DNA of 64,000 nucleotides from Octopus sinensis (lineage: Eukaryota): assembly GCF_006345805.1 (NCBI RefSeq), contig NC_043010.1:18910001-18974000 (forward strand), in the 5' to 3' direction. The notes beneath the pieces were generated by a model. The model was not told where the DNA came from, ran no database searches, and saw only the letters and a program-made list of their open reading frames with translations. The position numbers were made by a program, and so were the translations under genes. Numbering within the stretch: position 1 is the stretch's first letter; each line of letters starts with the position of its first letter. This document shows positions 25,717 through 38,712 of the stretch, piece by piece.

Positions 25717-26517
25717 AATTATTGTATAAAGTGCTCAGGTGCACCACAACTTGTCAGAAAGTGCATATAAAGTATATGCAGTAATGTACAAATGTCTGGA
25801 AAGCGAATAATGTATGAGTCAGATACATGCTTGTATGTGTATGGAGGGGAGAAAATCAGGTGTAGTGTTGGCGAATCTCAGAAAGCATGGAAGTTTTGAA
25901 GGATGCAGTGCTCCGACAACTAACAACTGATGCCGGCAGTCTGTTCCATGCTTCAGCAACTCTTAGCGTGAAAAAATGTTTCCGAAAGTCATGGGAGCTG
26001 TGCTGTTTTCTGACTTTGTAACTATGTCCACGGCTGTTAGACGGGTGGAGTTTGAAAAGGTGCTCAGAGTTATTGTTTGTAAGATGGTTAATAATTTTAT
26101 GGGTGTCTATCAAGTCAGCTGCCAGGCGTCGTTCCCATGCCCAGGGAAGTAAGACGTTCAGAATATGGCAAATGCCTGATGGAGGGTATTCTTTTGGTTG
26201 CGCGTCGCTGAACGGCTTCCAGACGATTAATATCCTGGGCAAGATAGGGGTTCCAGACCGGTGATGCAAATTCCAGGTGAAGTCTTACCATAGCTATATA
26301 AAGCCGCAGATAGATAGCCGGAGAGCGGCTCACAAAGGACTTGGTGAGTGATGCGAAGACACCCTCAGCCTTCTTGGCAATTTTAGCGATGTGTTTTGTC
26401 CAACGCAAATCGCTGTCGACAATAACACCCAGGTCACGTTCACACGAAGACTTTTTGAGATTAGTGTTGTGGAGGGAGTAAGTGGACGCTGGGTTTCTCC
26501 TCCCAAAATGCACCGCG
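25683..26517 (-). mobile_element. 5'-truncated CR1/L2-group LINE (RT C-terminus, (ATT)n tail)
   Basis: MHFG..N..ERDLGVIVD.DL.W..H..VRLHLEFASPVWNPY..LE.VQRRATK..RGH..F..RV...WN.LP, with one frameshift. Confidence 0.9.
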
Positions 26518-26736
26518 CTACTGAAAACAGTGAAGGTAATTTTTCGTTAGGCCCGCAATTTGCTCATGAATGGGTTGGAGGAACTTAGAAGATATATTAG
26601 TCTTCCAGCTTTAGAGACTTCGCAGTGAACGACGCTGCCATCACCAGCCTCGTTACTCATTCATTATAGTCACTGTAGAGTTACCTCCCTTATTAGATTT
26701 CTAATTTTGTCAAGGAATCTTGTAGCAAGTTCTCAC

Positions 26737-26786
26737 CCACCTCAGTTGTAGTTTCTTCATTGACCGGTGTCCTTTTTTTTTGTTGT
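26737..26786 (-). CDS. Candidate internal exon (QQKKRTPVNEETTTEV)
   Basis: Acceptor atatcttccag, donor gtgaga (alternative gtgggt 4 nt earlier), open in phase 2 to 1. No homology known. Confidence 0.25.
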
Positions 26787-27042
26787 CTGGAAGATATATT
26801 GCGGACGCATTAGAGTAGCCGGTAATTGTTCAGTTTAGTATTATTAAAAAAGTAAATAAAAATTAAGGCGGATGTAACTAGTAAGGGGACATAAATACTG
26901 GATATTAATTTAGTTTGGAATTGATCAGAACGGCACGTGGAAGATCAGTGGGACCGCAATTCACTGTTCCTGAAATTGAAATCCTCAACCGTGAATCAAT
27001 CTTGGATTATCACCCAATTAGTCGAATCACGAGACAAGATTC

Positions 27043-27460
27043 GGATCTTTTCGGTTTGAACGGCAGTTTTTTCTAGTGGTGTCATATGAAATTGTCACCC
27101 ATAATTATGACTCTAGTATCGATCTATTGCATTTCAATCTGTTTTAGGGTTAGGGTTAGGGGTGGGGGGAAGGGTATCTTTTTTTCTCCAGAAATGTAAA
27201 TAAACCTAATCTGTTTCTTAAACGAGGGACATATTCATACGGCACAGAATGTTTTTTTTTACCTCAATAGACGTCAGTGATTGGTTGAAATTGCAGAAAT
27301 TGAAGAAAAAACAACAAATATCTTACAAACAATAGAATTTTCTCAATAAAGCCAAGAGAAAAAGTTGTTTTATAAACACATTCTACCAGTATACGAAGTT
27401 TAAAATTCTTTAGTTATCTAGAAATTATGTTAAAAACTGCTGTTCAAACCGAAAAGATCC
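27043..27460. mobile_element. Merlin-type MITE, copy 2
   Basis: Same TIR as 5093 with 8-bp TSD CAAGATTC. Confidence 0.85.
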
Positions 27461-28367
27461 CAAGATTCTTCAGTGGTTGGCACGTCGTCAGCTAATTATG
27501 ATTTTATACACGTGCTAAAATTGTAATTCGCTATATTACTATAGACTTATTTGTCTTTTTTACTAATTATCTCTCCCTTAATTTTTATTTACTTTTTTAA
27601 TATCCCCAAACTGAACACTTACCCTGTTGTTGTGGAGCACTGTTGGCGAGTTCGAGCTATACTTATACTTTTGGCGTCACAGTGGGACATTTTCCTCAGC
27701 AAATCGCCTTTGCTACCCAGAGGGGTGTTATTAAAAAGAAACCAGTTTCTATTCACAAGTGGTGCCCGTTGGCCCCGACCACAGTGACACACCATTTCTA
27801 ACTTATTTCGCTATTAATTCCAGAGCTGCCGCCAATAACGCGGAGGCTCTTCATTAATGGGCAGATTTCATTCCTGCGTTGTCTCTGATCAGACCATTGC
27901 CTTCCATGGTCCCTGTCCGCCTCTTTTCTTTATCAAATTAGGATGAAGGTACTGTATTTGAGGAATGATTACTGTAAGGAAGAATGGCTGATGTAGTGAA
28001 TATCTGTGGTTGTTCTTTGTGGCAACACTTTTATCTTTGCAGTGGAGACGAGACTATTTTTTTCTTTTACTTAAAAGGTTTTTTTAAACCAGATTTTTAC
28101 AAATTATATACATATATATTTGGCGTTTGTTAAGGAAAAATTATTAAGTGGGTTTTTCTGCCCCTGGTTATATCAAGCAGACATTCCCAGTATGCCCATC
28201 TGATATAATCTACATTATTAAATGTGTCCTATTTTCTAAATACAGTGAGGTGCTAATGGAAGGAAATTTAGCTATTGTCTTGTAGAGCTAACAATTACAC
28301 ATAAAAAAAATAACCTTCATCATTATCTCATGATATAGGTGTCATTGTTTGAAATTAATATTCCAGT

Positions 28368-29272
28368 ATGCTGGATGGATGTGTAATGTCAGTGTGCATG
28401 CTCGACAGAGCGTTAGTACCCTGAGAGAAATGTTGGACCTAAGGAGCATCAGCTGTGGTGTGCAAGAGAGACGATTGCGCTGGTATGGTCATGTGGCGAG
28501 AATGGATGAAGATAGGTGTGTGTGAAAAAGTGCCAATCCCTAGCAGTGGAGGGAACCCGTGGAAGAGGTAGACCCAGGAAAACTTGGGACGAGGTGGTGA
28601 AGCACGATCTTCGAACTTTAGGTCTCACTGAGGAAATGACCTGCGACCGAAACCTTTGAAAATATGCTGTGTGTGAAAAGACCAGGCAGGACAAGTGAGT
28701 CCAGCCCACTTATGCATGCCTTTCCTCCCTTGGACACACAAAGACCTGTTGAGGCAAGCGAAGTCAATATCGAACCTCATCCGACGACAGGCACCTATGC
28801 CAACCCCCCTGTTGTCGCAAGTGAAATCGAAATCGGAATCGAAATTGAACCAATCCTATGACTGGCACCCGGCAGATGCCAGGATCCCTGGACTGGAGAT
28901 ACGTAAAAAGCACTATCCGAATCATGGCTGATGCCAGCGCCGCTTCGACTGGCTTCCGTGTCAGTGACACGTAAAAAGCACCATCCGAATCGTGGCCGAA
29001 GCCAGTGCCGCCTTGACTGGCTTCTGTGCAGGTGGCATGTAAAATGCACCAATCCGACCGTGGCCGATGCCAGCCTCGCCTGGCTCCAGTGCAGGTGGCA
29101 CGTAAAAAGCACCCACTACACTCACGGAATGGTTGGCGTTATGAAGGGCATCCAGCTGTAGAAACATTGCCAGATAAGACCGGAGCCTGGTGCAGCCTCC
29201 TGGCTTCCCAGATCCCCGGTCGAACCGTCCAACCCATGCTAGCATGGTGAACGGACGTTAAATGATGATGAT
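28368..29272 (+). mobile_element. RTE LINE 3' end (RT C-terminus, 3'UTR repeats, (ATG)n tail)
   Basis: Homologous to 54225-55480 in reverse complement. Confidence 0.9.
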
Positions 29273-29344
29273 TTATAGAATTTAATTAACACTAACTTCA
29301 AACACAGTATAATATGTCCGAATCCCAACCTCTCTGATAAATAT

Positions 29345-30190
29345 TGACGGCTTACTTGCATTTGATGAGGCTGAAAGGAGAGAGACTTGGAGACACCACT
29401 ATGAAAGGTTGCTGAATGAAGAGAATGAATGGGTCAAAGAGTGTCTGCTGAATTGCGACCCAACAGAGGGACTGGCTATCCAAATTGACAGTACCTTGGT
29501 AGATAAAGCAATTGAGGGTATGAAGACAAGGAAAGCCCCTGACCCATCAGGAATTGCCACAGAGATGCTTAAAATATCTGGTGGTGTCAGCTATATTCTA
29601 GTCACCCATATAGTCAACCAGGTGATATATGAAGGAGTCATACCCAATGACTGGTGTAGCTGCACCATAGTCAACTGCTACAAAGGTAAAGGTAACACTT
29701 AAGATACAAATAATTACAGAGGTATCAAGTTATTGGATCAGGTAATGAAAGTCATGGAGAGGGTCATAGCCCAACTAATTAGGGAGAGAGTCAGTCTAGA
29801 TGAGATGCAGTTTGGGTTTGTACCAAGGAAAAGTACTACTGATGCTATATTTCTGGTAAGACAGCTGCAGGAGAAATACCTAGCCAAAGATAAACCTCTG
29901 TACCTAGCTTTTGTTGACATAGAGAAAGCCTTTGACAGGGTCCCCTGATCCCTTATTTGATTGGTCAATGAGGAAACTAGGGATAGATGAATATTTAGTG
30001 AGAGCTGTACAAGTCATGTACAGGGATGCTGTCAGTAAGGTGAGGGTTGGCAACAAGTATCAGTCCTCAGCCCCCTCTTATTCATTATAGTCCTTTAGGC
30101 AATAACAAAGAAATTCAAGATAGGATGCTCCTGGGAGCTTCTCTGTGCTGATGACCTTGCTCTAATTGCTGAGTCACTATCAGAACTAAA
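29345..30190 (+). mobile_element. Degenerate RTE RT fragment
   Basis: LLNEENEW..PNDWC..QFGF..KSTTDAIF.VRQLQEKYLAKDKPLYLAFVD.EKAFDRVP with stops and frameshifts. Confidence 0.9.
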
Positions 30191-30284
30191 GGTTTATATA
30201 TTATAAACAGATAGACAGATTGATAGATAGGTTTATGTGTAAATGTGTGCATGTGTATGTGAGGATATCTAGGAATATTGAGTT

Positions 30285-30752
30285 GTACATATGGAGGAGG
30301 ATAGCCGTGTAAAAAAATGCCGACCTCTGTGGAAGGAACCTGTGGAAGAGGTAGATCCAGGAAGATATGGGACAAGGTGGTGAAGCATGATCTTTGAATT
30401 TTGGCTTTCATGGAGGCAATGGCAAGTGATCGTGACCTTTGGCAATTTGCTGTGCTTGAGAAGACTCAAGAAGCCAATTTAAATCATAGTCTTGGCTGGT
30501 GCAGGTGACTTGTAACAGGCACTTGTGCCGTTGACATAAAGGGCACCTGTGCCAGTGACATGTAAAGGGCATCCACTACACTCTTGGAGAGGTTGGCATT
30601 AGGAAGGGCATGCTGCTGTAGAAACCAGGCCAAATCAGACTGGAACCTGGTGCAGCTCTCTAGCTTACCAGTTCCAGTCAAACCACCTAACCTGTGTCGG
30701 CATGGGAAAGTGGATGCTAGATGATGATGACAATGATGATGATGATGATGAT
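30285..30752 (+). mobile_element. RTE 3' fragment with (ATG)n tail
   Basis: GRGRSRKIWDKVVKHDL-like end, 3'UTR motifs and tail. Confidence 0.8.
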
Positions 30753-32271
30753 ATATGAGAACCAAAAGAAAGAAAACGCAATAAAAGTAAACATAAATGT
30801 CCTGAAGCCGAAAGACAGAGAAGACATGGTCCAGTTGAGGTGGGCATGGCCTTGAACACTGGCAGTGGTAAACGAGAAAGAAGGTGTGACTGGGACATGT
30901 TTGTGACTAATAAGTTATGAATTTGATTTTCATTGAGGACTGAAAAATAAACAGGAAAGCAAACATACATTGCACTGGTCAACAAGTATTTTTCATCAAG
31001 CATTTGTCAAGGTGGACTTTGTGCAGTTTTTAATTACAATTATACAATTAGTTTTTTGATATCATGTACAGTTTTAAATTTTGGTTTTAGCTCATGGATT
31101 ATATAGAAATTCCAATTAATGACATATATGCATGTATTTCCTTTACATCATGAAAACATGCCTTTAAAATAAACTACATTATTCATTCCTGCATAGTTCA
31201 GATGTAATATTTCATCATCTTAAATCAAGTTTTGTCTGATGAAATAGGTATTCCAACATCTCAGTCAGAATCGGTCTGATGAAATATTTCATCGTCTCAA
31301 ATTCAATATAAGTATAACCGTTTGTATCTATTTCCTTGTTTTACAGTGTTAGCAATGTTAAGACAGTGTAGAAATTGTCCTGGTGTGTTTTGCGATTACG
31401 TCTGTGGACAATTTATTGTGAAAGCTCAAAAACGTACAATAACACCAGAGATCAAGAAGATTTATCAGCTATACTTTGACTGTCCTCTTGGAGATCAGGA
31501 CAAGTTATGGGCCCCACATTTTATCTGCTCAGCTTCTTCAAATGGCTTACATGACTCACAATAGAAGTTTGTGAATTCCAGTTCCACCATATGATGGTAT
31601 CGAAACTTCAGATGATGATGCTGACAGTCACAATAGTGCTGCTGAGGAAAATTATGTGGCTGATGATGATGGCTTTGAACCTCAGAAATTTTCCCAAGCT
31701 GAAATGAATAACTCTGTCAGAGACCTATCTTTCTCAAAAGACAAAGCAGAGCTGTTGGAATCAAGACTGAACGAGAAATATCTGTTAGAACACATTGTTT
31801 GTATAACTTATTTTTGGCAGAAAAATGTGGTTCTACAAACATGTTTTTCTGTTGAAGACACGCTTTGCTTTTGCAGTAACATAGATGGATTTTTTAATAT
31901 TTACCACAATTTCATGATTCTGCAGAGTGGTGTTTGTTTATTGTCTCTTCAAAACGAAGTTTAAAAGCTGTACTTCTCCATAATGGTAATTTGAAGCCCT
32001 GCATTCATCTTCATGAATCATATGAGAATTTGGAACTTTTACTTCACAACATTGCCTATGGAATATATGTGAAGATTTAAAAGTCATTGGAATGTTAATG
32101 GGAATGCAGTCAGAATTCACAAAATGATGTTTTTTCTTGTGTCTATGGGATGGTTGGGCAACTGACAGACATTATTCGGAATCAAACTGGCAGACAAAAA
32201 CATCATACCAGCCAGGACTGTCTAGCGTCAAGAACACACCTCTTTTAGATCCATGTAATGTCTTATTGCCT

Positions 32272-32650
32272 CATCATCATCATCATCATCATCATTTAGC
32301 GTCCGTTTTCCATGCTAGCATGGGTTGGACGGTTCAACTGGGGTCTGTGAAGCTGGAAGGCTTCATCAGGCCCAGTCAGATCTGGCAGTGTTTCTACGGC
32401 TGGATGCCCTTCCTAACGCAAACCACTCCGTGAGTGTAGTGGGTGCTTTTTACGTGCCACCCGCACAGGTGCCAGACAAAGCTGGCAAACGGCCACGAAC
32501 GGATGGTGCTTTTACGTGTCACCGGCACGGGGGCCAGGCGAGGGTGGCAACGGACACGAACGGATGGTGCTTTTACGTGCCACCGACACGGAGGCTAGAC
32601 GGGGCGGCGCCAGCAATGACCACGATCGGATGGTTCGCTTAACCACAGCT
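32272..32650 (-). mobile_element. Young RTE 3'UTR copy nested in the Chapaev-like transposase
   Basis: Nearly identical to 54226-54580, including A/B repeat units. Confidence 0.9.
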
Positions 32651-33094
32651 ATAAAGTTTGTAAAGACACTCGGGACAAGAAATGCCTGAGGGTTTGAGTA
32701 CATTGTAGAAAAGTTTCCAAAAATCACACAGGCGAAGTTGAAAGAGGGTATCTTTGTCAGATCCCAAATTAGAGAAGTACTCAAAGATGTCAACTTCAAG
32801 ATAACATTGGATGAATTGGAACTGCCTGCCTGGAATGCTTTCAATTGGATCTGTGAGAATTTCTTGGGCAAGAAGGCAATGGACTGCAAGGGTGGCATCA
32901 AGAATCTTCTGAAATGTTACTCAGCAATGGGTTGTAGGCATGTTACTGAAAGTTCTTGGACTCCCATGTGGATTTCTTCTCAGATAACCTTGGAGCAGTG
33001 TCTGACAAACATGGTGAAAGATTTCACCTGGACGTTGGTGCTATGGAGAAATGGTACCAAGGCTTCTGGAATGACAGTATGCTGGCTGACTATT

Positions 33095-33230
33095 CAAATT
33101 CTGCCGAGGTCGACTTTGCCTTTCATCCTTCCGGGATCAATAAATTAAGTACCAGTTGCATACTGAGGTCGATCAAATCGACTGGCTCCCCACTCCCCAA
33201 ATATTTTGAGCCTTGTGCTTAGAGTAGAGA
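33095..33230 (+). mobile_element. 5'-truncated SINE B with 19-bp TSD
   Basis: AGTATGCTGGCTGACTATT at 33076-33094 and 33231-33249. Confidence 0.9.
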
Positions 33231-33654
33231 AGTATGCTGGCTGACTATTGCAGGACACTTTATCTTGATCAACCAGATCAGGAACAGCACAGAAAAACCA
33301 ATTCACAATGTTTCTAACACTGTTGTTCTAACTTTATTTTGTCTGACCCATTTTATTTGTGTTTTCACTCTTTGTACAATCATTGTGATGATTTGTAACT
33401 CAATAAACTAATTTAATTTCTAAAATAATATGTCATTATTTATTACGTTAATGATTTCATATATATAAATATGTAAATATTTTACATGTATCAACTGGAA
33501 AAATGATACATGCTGCATTCAAATGGAGTGAAATTTTGAAATCAGTATGAGAAATTAGTCCAGAAATGTTGGTTTGCATTCATAATGAGTCTAATACATT
33601 TAATTTTGTTGACCAGTGTTATTAGTGTCATAGCTTATGAATGTAATACTTTAC

Positions 33655-33927
33655 TGACTGGCTCCCGTGTCAGTGGCATGTAAAAAGCAGCATCTGAACG
33701 GGGTCGATGCCAGTGCCCTGTAACTGGCTCCCATGCCAGTGGCATGTAAAATGCACCCACTACACTCTCAGAGTGGTTGGCATTAGGAAGGGCATCAAGC
33801 TGTAGAAACCTTGCCAGGTCAGATTGGAGCCTGGTGCAGCCTCCTGGCTTGCCCGTCCACAGTCAAACCGTCCAACCCATGCCAGCATGGAAAGCGGATG
33901 TTAAACGATGATGATGATGATGATGAT
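33655..33927 (+). mobile_element. RTE 3'UTR fragment with (GAT)n tail
   Basis: Family motifs and tail. Confidence 0.85.
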
Positions 33928-34097
33928 AGGTTTGGTTGTATAAACAGGATAACTAGAGCTCAAAACCTGAGTAGAAATATCTACTTTTGAATTTTTAAAC
34001 TCGTTAAGAGTCATACACGAAACGTTTGGCTCTTGAGTCACTTTCTAACATCTGCCAATGAAAAATACCAGCAAACATGTAAAACTTGCTCTCTTAC

Positions 34098-34170
34098 GTG
34101 AATTGGAGGACCACATTCCATTTGTGCCAAAAATGGATCGACACAAGCGAAGCATTGCCCTTCAAATCAC
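34098..34170 (-). CDS. Candidate internal exon (DLKGNASLVSIHFWHKWNVVLQF)
   Basis: Acceptor tttatgcctttgtag, donor gtaaga, a single open frame and non-repetitive sequence. Confidence 0.4.
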
Positions 34171-34700
34171 CTACAAAGGCATAAACTGTGACCAACATCT
34201 GACTCGGATTGTCACGACTTGTCCAACCCATACAAACACGAAGAGCAGACATAAAAATGATGATGATGATGATGATGTTGATTATGTTCAGGTGTTTGTA
34301 AGTTTATCCACCTGTATCAACACACCCATTTTCTCATTAATTGATTTTCTATTTAGTTTGAGACAAAAACAACGGCGACAACAACAATAACATCGTCAAC
34401 GAGAACAAAGGCATCTTTCAACAATCACCTACTACCGCAACCGAGTGTTCGCTGGCTCTATTGTTTAGCTTGGCTGTTCTAGAAACGTCCAAGAAGAAAG
34501 ACAGAACTGTGAAATAAAGGGAGCGTTAATATGTGTTTGTATGTTTGAGTGTGTGTGTATAAATGTGTGAATGCGTATCTCTTTGAATGCGTTTCTCCAT
34601 GTGTTTATTTACGTATATTTGTACATAAACACACATGCACGCATGTATATATTGAGTTATCCCTTGCGCTTTTCTCTCTCTTTTTCTGTCTGTTTGTCTG

Positions 34701-34732
<32 letters not shown>

Positions 34733-34756
34733 CACACACACACACACATACATGTA

Positions 34757-34861
<105 letters not shown>

Positions 34862-34874
34862 CATCTATAGCTTC

Positions 34875-36858
34875 TTTTATGTTTCAGTCATGTGACTGTG
34901 GCTGTGCTGAGACACTGTCTTAAAAGGCTTTTAGTCAACCTCAGGACTTATTCTTTGTAAGCTTAATACTTATTCTATTGGTGTTTTTTGCTGAACTGCT
35001 AAGTTACAGTGGCATAAACACACCAACATCGGTTGTCAAGCGATGGCTTTGGGACAAACACAGACACAAAGACATACACACATAAATGTATATATATATA
35101 TATATATATATATATTTGCTTTCTTTGTTTAACGTCCGTTTTCCATGCTGGCATGGGTTGGACGGTTTGACCGAGGAGTGCCAAGCCAGGAGCCCGCAAC
35201 AGGCTCCAATCTGATCTGGCAATGTTTCTGCAGCTGGATGCCCTTCCTAATGCCAGCCACTCTGAGAGTGTAGTGGGTGCTTTTTACGTGCCACTGGCAC
35301 AGGGGTCAGAGGGGGCTGGCATCGACCATGATTGGATGGTGCTTTTTATGTGTCACCAGCACGGGAGCTAGTCAGGCAGCACTGGCATCAGCGACATTCA
35401 GATGGTGCTTTTTATATGCCACTGGCATAAGGGCCAGTCGGTGGGGGGGTATCGACCACGTTCAGATGGTGCTTTTTACGTGCCACCGGTACGGGGAGCC
35501 AACCAGGTGGCCCTGGCAGTGACCCATGCATGAATGGTGCTTATTGCATACCACCAGCACTGGGAATGGCCACAGCTACAATTTCCATTTGATTGTGATT
35601 TGATTTTGATTTTACTTCACTCAATAGGTCACCTCCAGCATGGCATGTCACCCAACAATTCAAAGGTACTTTTTAAATGGGCTGATTATGCGACACTATG
35701 ATCTCACTTTCTTTGCTGGGTCTTCTCAATCGCAGCATATCTCCAAAGGTCTCAGTCTCTTGTCATTGCATCTGTGAGGCCCACATTCGAAGGTCATGCT
35801 TCATCACCTCATCCCATGTCTTCCTGGGTCTCCCTCTACTCCAGATTCCTTCTACTGTTTGGGAGTGGCACTTCTTCACGCAGCTTTCCTATCCATATGC
35901 AGCACATGACCATACCAGTGCAGTCGTCTCTCTTGCACACCACATCTGATGCTTCTTATATCCAACATTTCTCTCAGTGTGCACACTAACATTACACATC
36001 CAGCGGATCATACTGGCATCATTTCTATCGAGCTTACACATACGTCTTCAGCAGTCATGGCCCATGTTTCACTGCCATGTAGCATGGCAGTTCACACACA
36101 TGCATCATACCATCTACCTTTCACTCTGAGTGAGAGGCCCTTTGTCACCAGTAGAGGTAGGAGCTTTCTGAACTTTGCCCAGGCTTTTCTTATTCTAGTG
36201 GCAATGCTCTCTGAGCATCCACCCCCACTACAGACTTGGTCACCTAGGTAGTGGAAGCTATCAACTACTTCTAGTTTCTCCACCTGGCATGTGATGGAAT
36301 TTGTTTTCTGAGCATCTATGGTGTTTATTGCCCCTGTGCATCTGCCGCACACAAAAGCTATCTTCCTGGTTAACCTTCTTTTGATGTTGCTGCACCTCTT
36401 ATACATCCATAGCTTATACTAAGTACATCTTATGGAGTTTCTACCTACACCTTTCTACAAATCAAGTAGGGCCATCTACCTGAAGGGGTTTGTGATGTGT
36501 TTGCCTTCCTAGTTACTGGGACTTTGGTTTTTGCAACATTGACTTTGAGGCCTTTCGATTCTAAATCTTGCTTCCACACCTGAAATTTCTTCTCTAGTTC
36601 TGGTAGTGATTCCACAATAAGAGCAAGGTCATCGGTATAGAGGAGCTTCCAAGGGCAGCCTGTCTTGAATTCCTCTGTTATTGCCTGGAGGACCATGATG
36701 GACAGGCTTTTTTCAATTTCTTTTTACCAAATCCACTTACAAGCCTTTGGTCAGCCTGAGGCTTTAGTAGAAGATACTTTCCAAGGTACCATGCAGTGGG
36801 ACTGAACCTGGGACCATGTGGTTGGGAAGCAAGCTTCTTACTACACGGCCACGTCTGT
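34875..36858 (-). mobile_element. SINE A split by an RTE insertion (3' half 34875-35085, 5' half 36706-36858)
   Basis: Both halves are collinear with intact copies, and the interruption lies at the internal (TA)n. Confidence 0.8.
35125..36700 (-). mobile_element. 5'-truncated, degenerate RTE LINE
   Basis: RT C-terminal motifs (FKTGCPW.LLY.DDL, FVCGRC, GRWYDACV) plus 3'UTR. Confidence 0.9.
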
Positions 36859-37364
36859 TCATATATCTCATCATCATTTAATGTTTGTTTTCCATAGAGT
36901 CATGGTTGGATGGTTTGACAAGAGCCAACAAGCTCTACCAGGCTTCAATCGTCTGTTTTGGTATGGTGGTTTTTCTACGGTTGGATGTCCTTCCTAATGC
37001 CATCCACTTTACAGAATGTGGACTGGGTGCTTTTTGCCCGACACCAGTACAGGTGCACTTTATGTGGCACCAGCAGGGTCACCAAGTAGGTTGTAAGACC
37101 AAGACCTGTCGGCTGAGAGAGGGAACTGAGGGATGTGGCTGTGAGCCAGGTGAGTTAGAGGGACTGAGACAGTTGTCTTATAGAAGGGATACTTGACTAC
37201 CCCAGGGGGACAGAGAAGGGAGACGAAGAGAAGAGAGAGTTAGAGAAGGACAGAGAAACAGTCAGAGTGAGAGAGAGAGAAATATATGGTGTTGGAGATG
37301 TATAGGAGCTGATCTATAGGGAACAGTAGGGGTTACTGTAAGTAAGACAAAGGGGCTCTTTACT

Positions 37365-37475
37365 TGACGGATTTGGTCAAACAAACCAGCCAGGGTTCTT
37401 TTTTGCTAAAGTCTGGTTCTTTTTCTAATGGTTTCTTCTTAGTCTCTTATTGGTCTTTACATCACCATCACCACC

Positions 37476-37509
<34 letters not shown>

Positions 37510-38055
37510 TCATAGATGCAATCAATGGAATACATTGAATATTCCAAAATTATGTTTGGCATACAACACTCAGCTCACACACATTAGGTAGACCTCTTTT
37601 CTGTACCTCTCCCACTGTAGCTCTTGGCTGATACCTCACCAATCCGACCACCACCACCACCACCAATATCACCACCAACACAACCATTAGCACCACCAAC
37701 ACCACAAGTGCCACTAGCAGCACAAGCAGCATAAGCCGCATGAGCACCACCAGCAGCATCAGCACCACCACCACCACCACTATCACCACCAGCACTACAA
37801 GCACCACAGGCACCACTAGCACCACCACCACCACCACCACTAGCGCTACCAACACCACAAGCACCACTAGCATCTCCAACACCACTCGCACCACCAACAC
37901 CACCGCCAACACCACAAGCACCACCAACACCAACACAACCAGTAGCGCCACCACCACCGCTACCACCACCAGCACCAACACCACCAGCACCACAAACAGC
38001 AGCAGCACCCCCACCACCAGCACCACCAGCACCACCACTGCTGCCACTTGCATTC
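37365..38055 (+). mobile_element. 3'UTR-like block shared with the Tx1 fragment, plus (ACC)n-rich tract
   Basis: About 280 bp highly similar to the reverse complement of 39260-39545. Confidence 0.6.
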
Positions 38056-38319
38056 CCCCCAAACCTTCCTCATCCTACCTCCTAACGCAGAGCGACAAGC
38101 TGACACCATTTAATGGTAAACGATCTTGACACTGAATAGGAATGACAATGTTGACTCCTGCGCCCTCACCTCCACCCACACACACATTTGTTGGGTGTTG
38201 TGAAATAGAAAGGACTCAAGGAGATCTGAGACGCTATGGTGATCCACAAATGAAACACTATCACCTGACTTTACCTGGTTACATGACTATCTCAGGTTTA
38301 AATGAGCAACAACAGCAGT

Positions 38320-38712
38320 GGAGGCGCAATGGCCCAGTGGTTAGGGCAGTGGACTCGCGGTTGGAGGATCGCGGTTTCGATTCCCAGACCGGTCGTTGTG
38401 TGTGTTTATTGAGCGAAAACACCTAAAGCTCCATGAGGCTCCGGCGGGGGGGTGGGGGGTGGCGACCCCTGTTGTACTCTTTCGCCCCAACTTTCTCTCA
38501 CTCTTTCTTCCTGTTTCTTGTCCCCGATTTCCTAAGCAACCGCTGAGCCTGGATGCGCATTCATCCATCTGTCGACGCTCTCGGTGTCGGGGGTTGAACT
38601 GCTTTCTCTTCTGCGGGTCTTACGAATAGCAAAGGACCACGTTTCGGACTTCTCCCACCTTGCAAGCTCTGGGACGAAGACCGTTCGCTCAACAGCAACA
38701 GCAACAGCAGCA
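38320..38712 (+). mobile_element. tRNA-derived SINE family C with (CAACAG)n tail
   Basis: A box TGGCCCAGTGG, B box GTTTCGATTCC. The 5' 190 bp is shared with 42215-42505. Confidence 0.8.

Larger units (their letters stand above)
30973..33618 (+). mobile_element. Decayed DNA transposon, best guess Chapaev3-like (CMC group)
   Basis: 13-bp TIR CACTGGTCAACAA/TTGTTGACCAGTG. Broken transposase with CRNCP..FC, GDQDK.WAPH, SKRSLKAVLLHNGN, DLKVI, HGERFH and MLADY motifs. The superfamily name is from memory. Confidence 0.75.

Noticed and set aside
27141-27162. Interstitial telomere
   Set aside because: Only 2-3 TTAGGG units, and they are part of a MITE.
28900-29160. Twister or HDV ribozyme in the RTE 3'UTR
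   Set aside because: No twister core (GTCCCAAGCCC-like) or HDV nested pseudoknot could be built by eye. The 5'UTR where HDV-like motifs are expected is absent.
37550-38129. Mucin-like Thr/Ser ORF and its Val/Leu antisense ORF
   Set aside because: ACC-type low-complexity tract with an in-frame TGA just upstream, and the tract is not conserved in the paralogous block.
38325-38390. tRNA genes (also 48185, 61890 and 42440)
   Set aside because: A/B boxes continue into SINE bodies, with no complete cloverleaf or acceptor stem.
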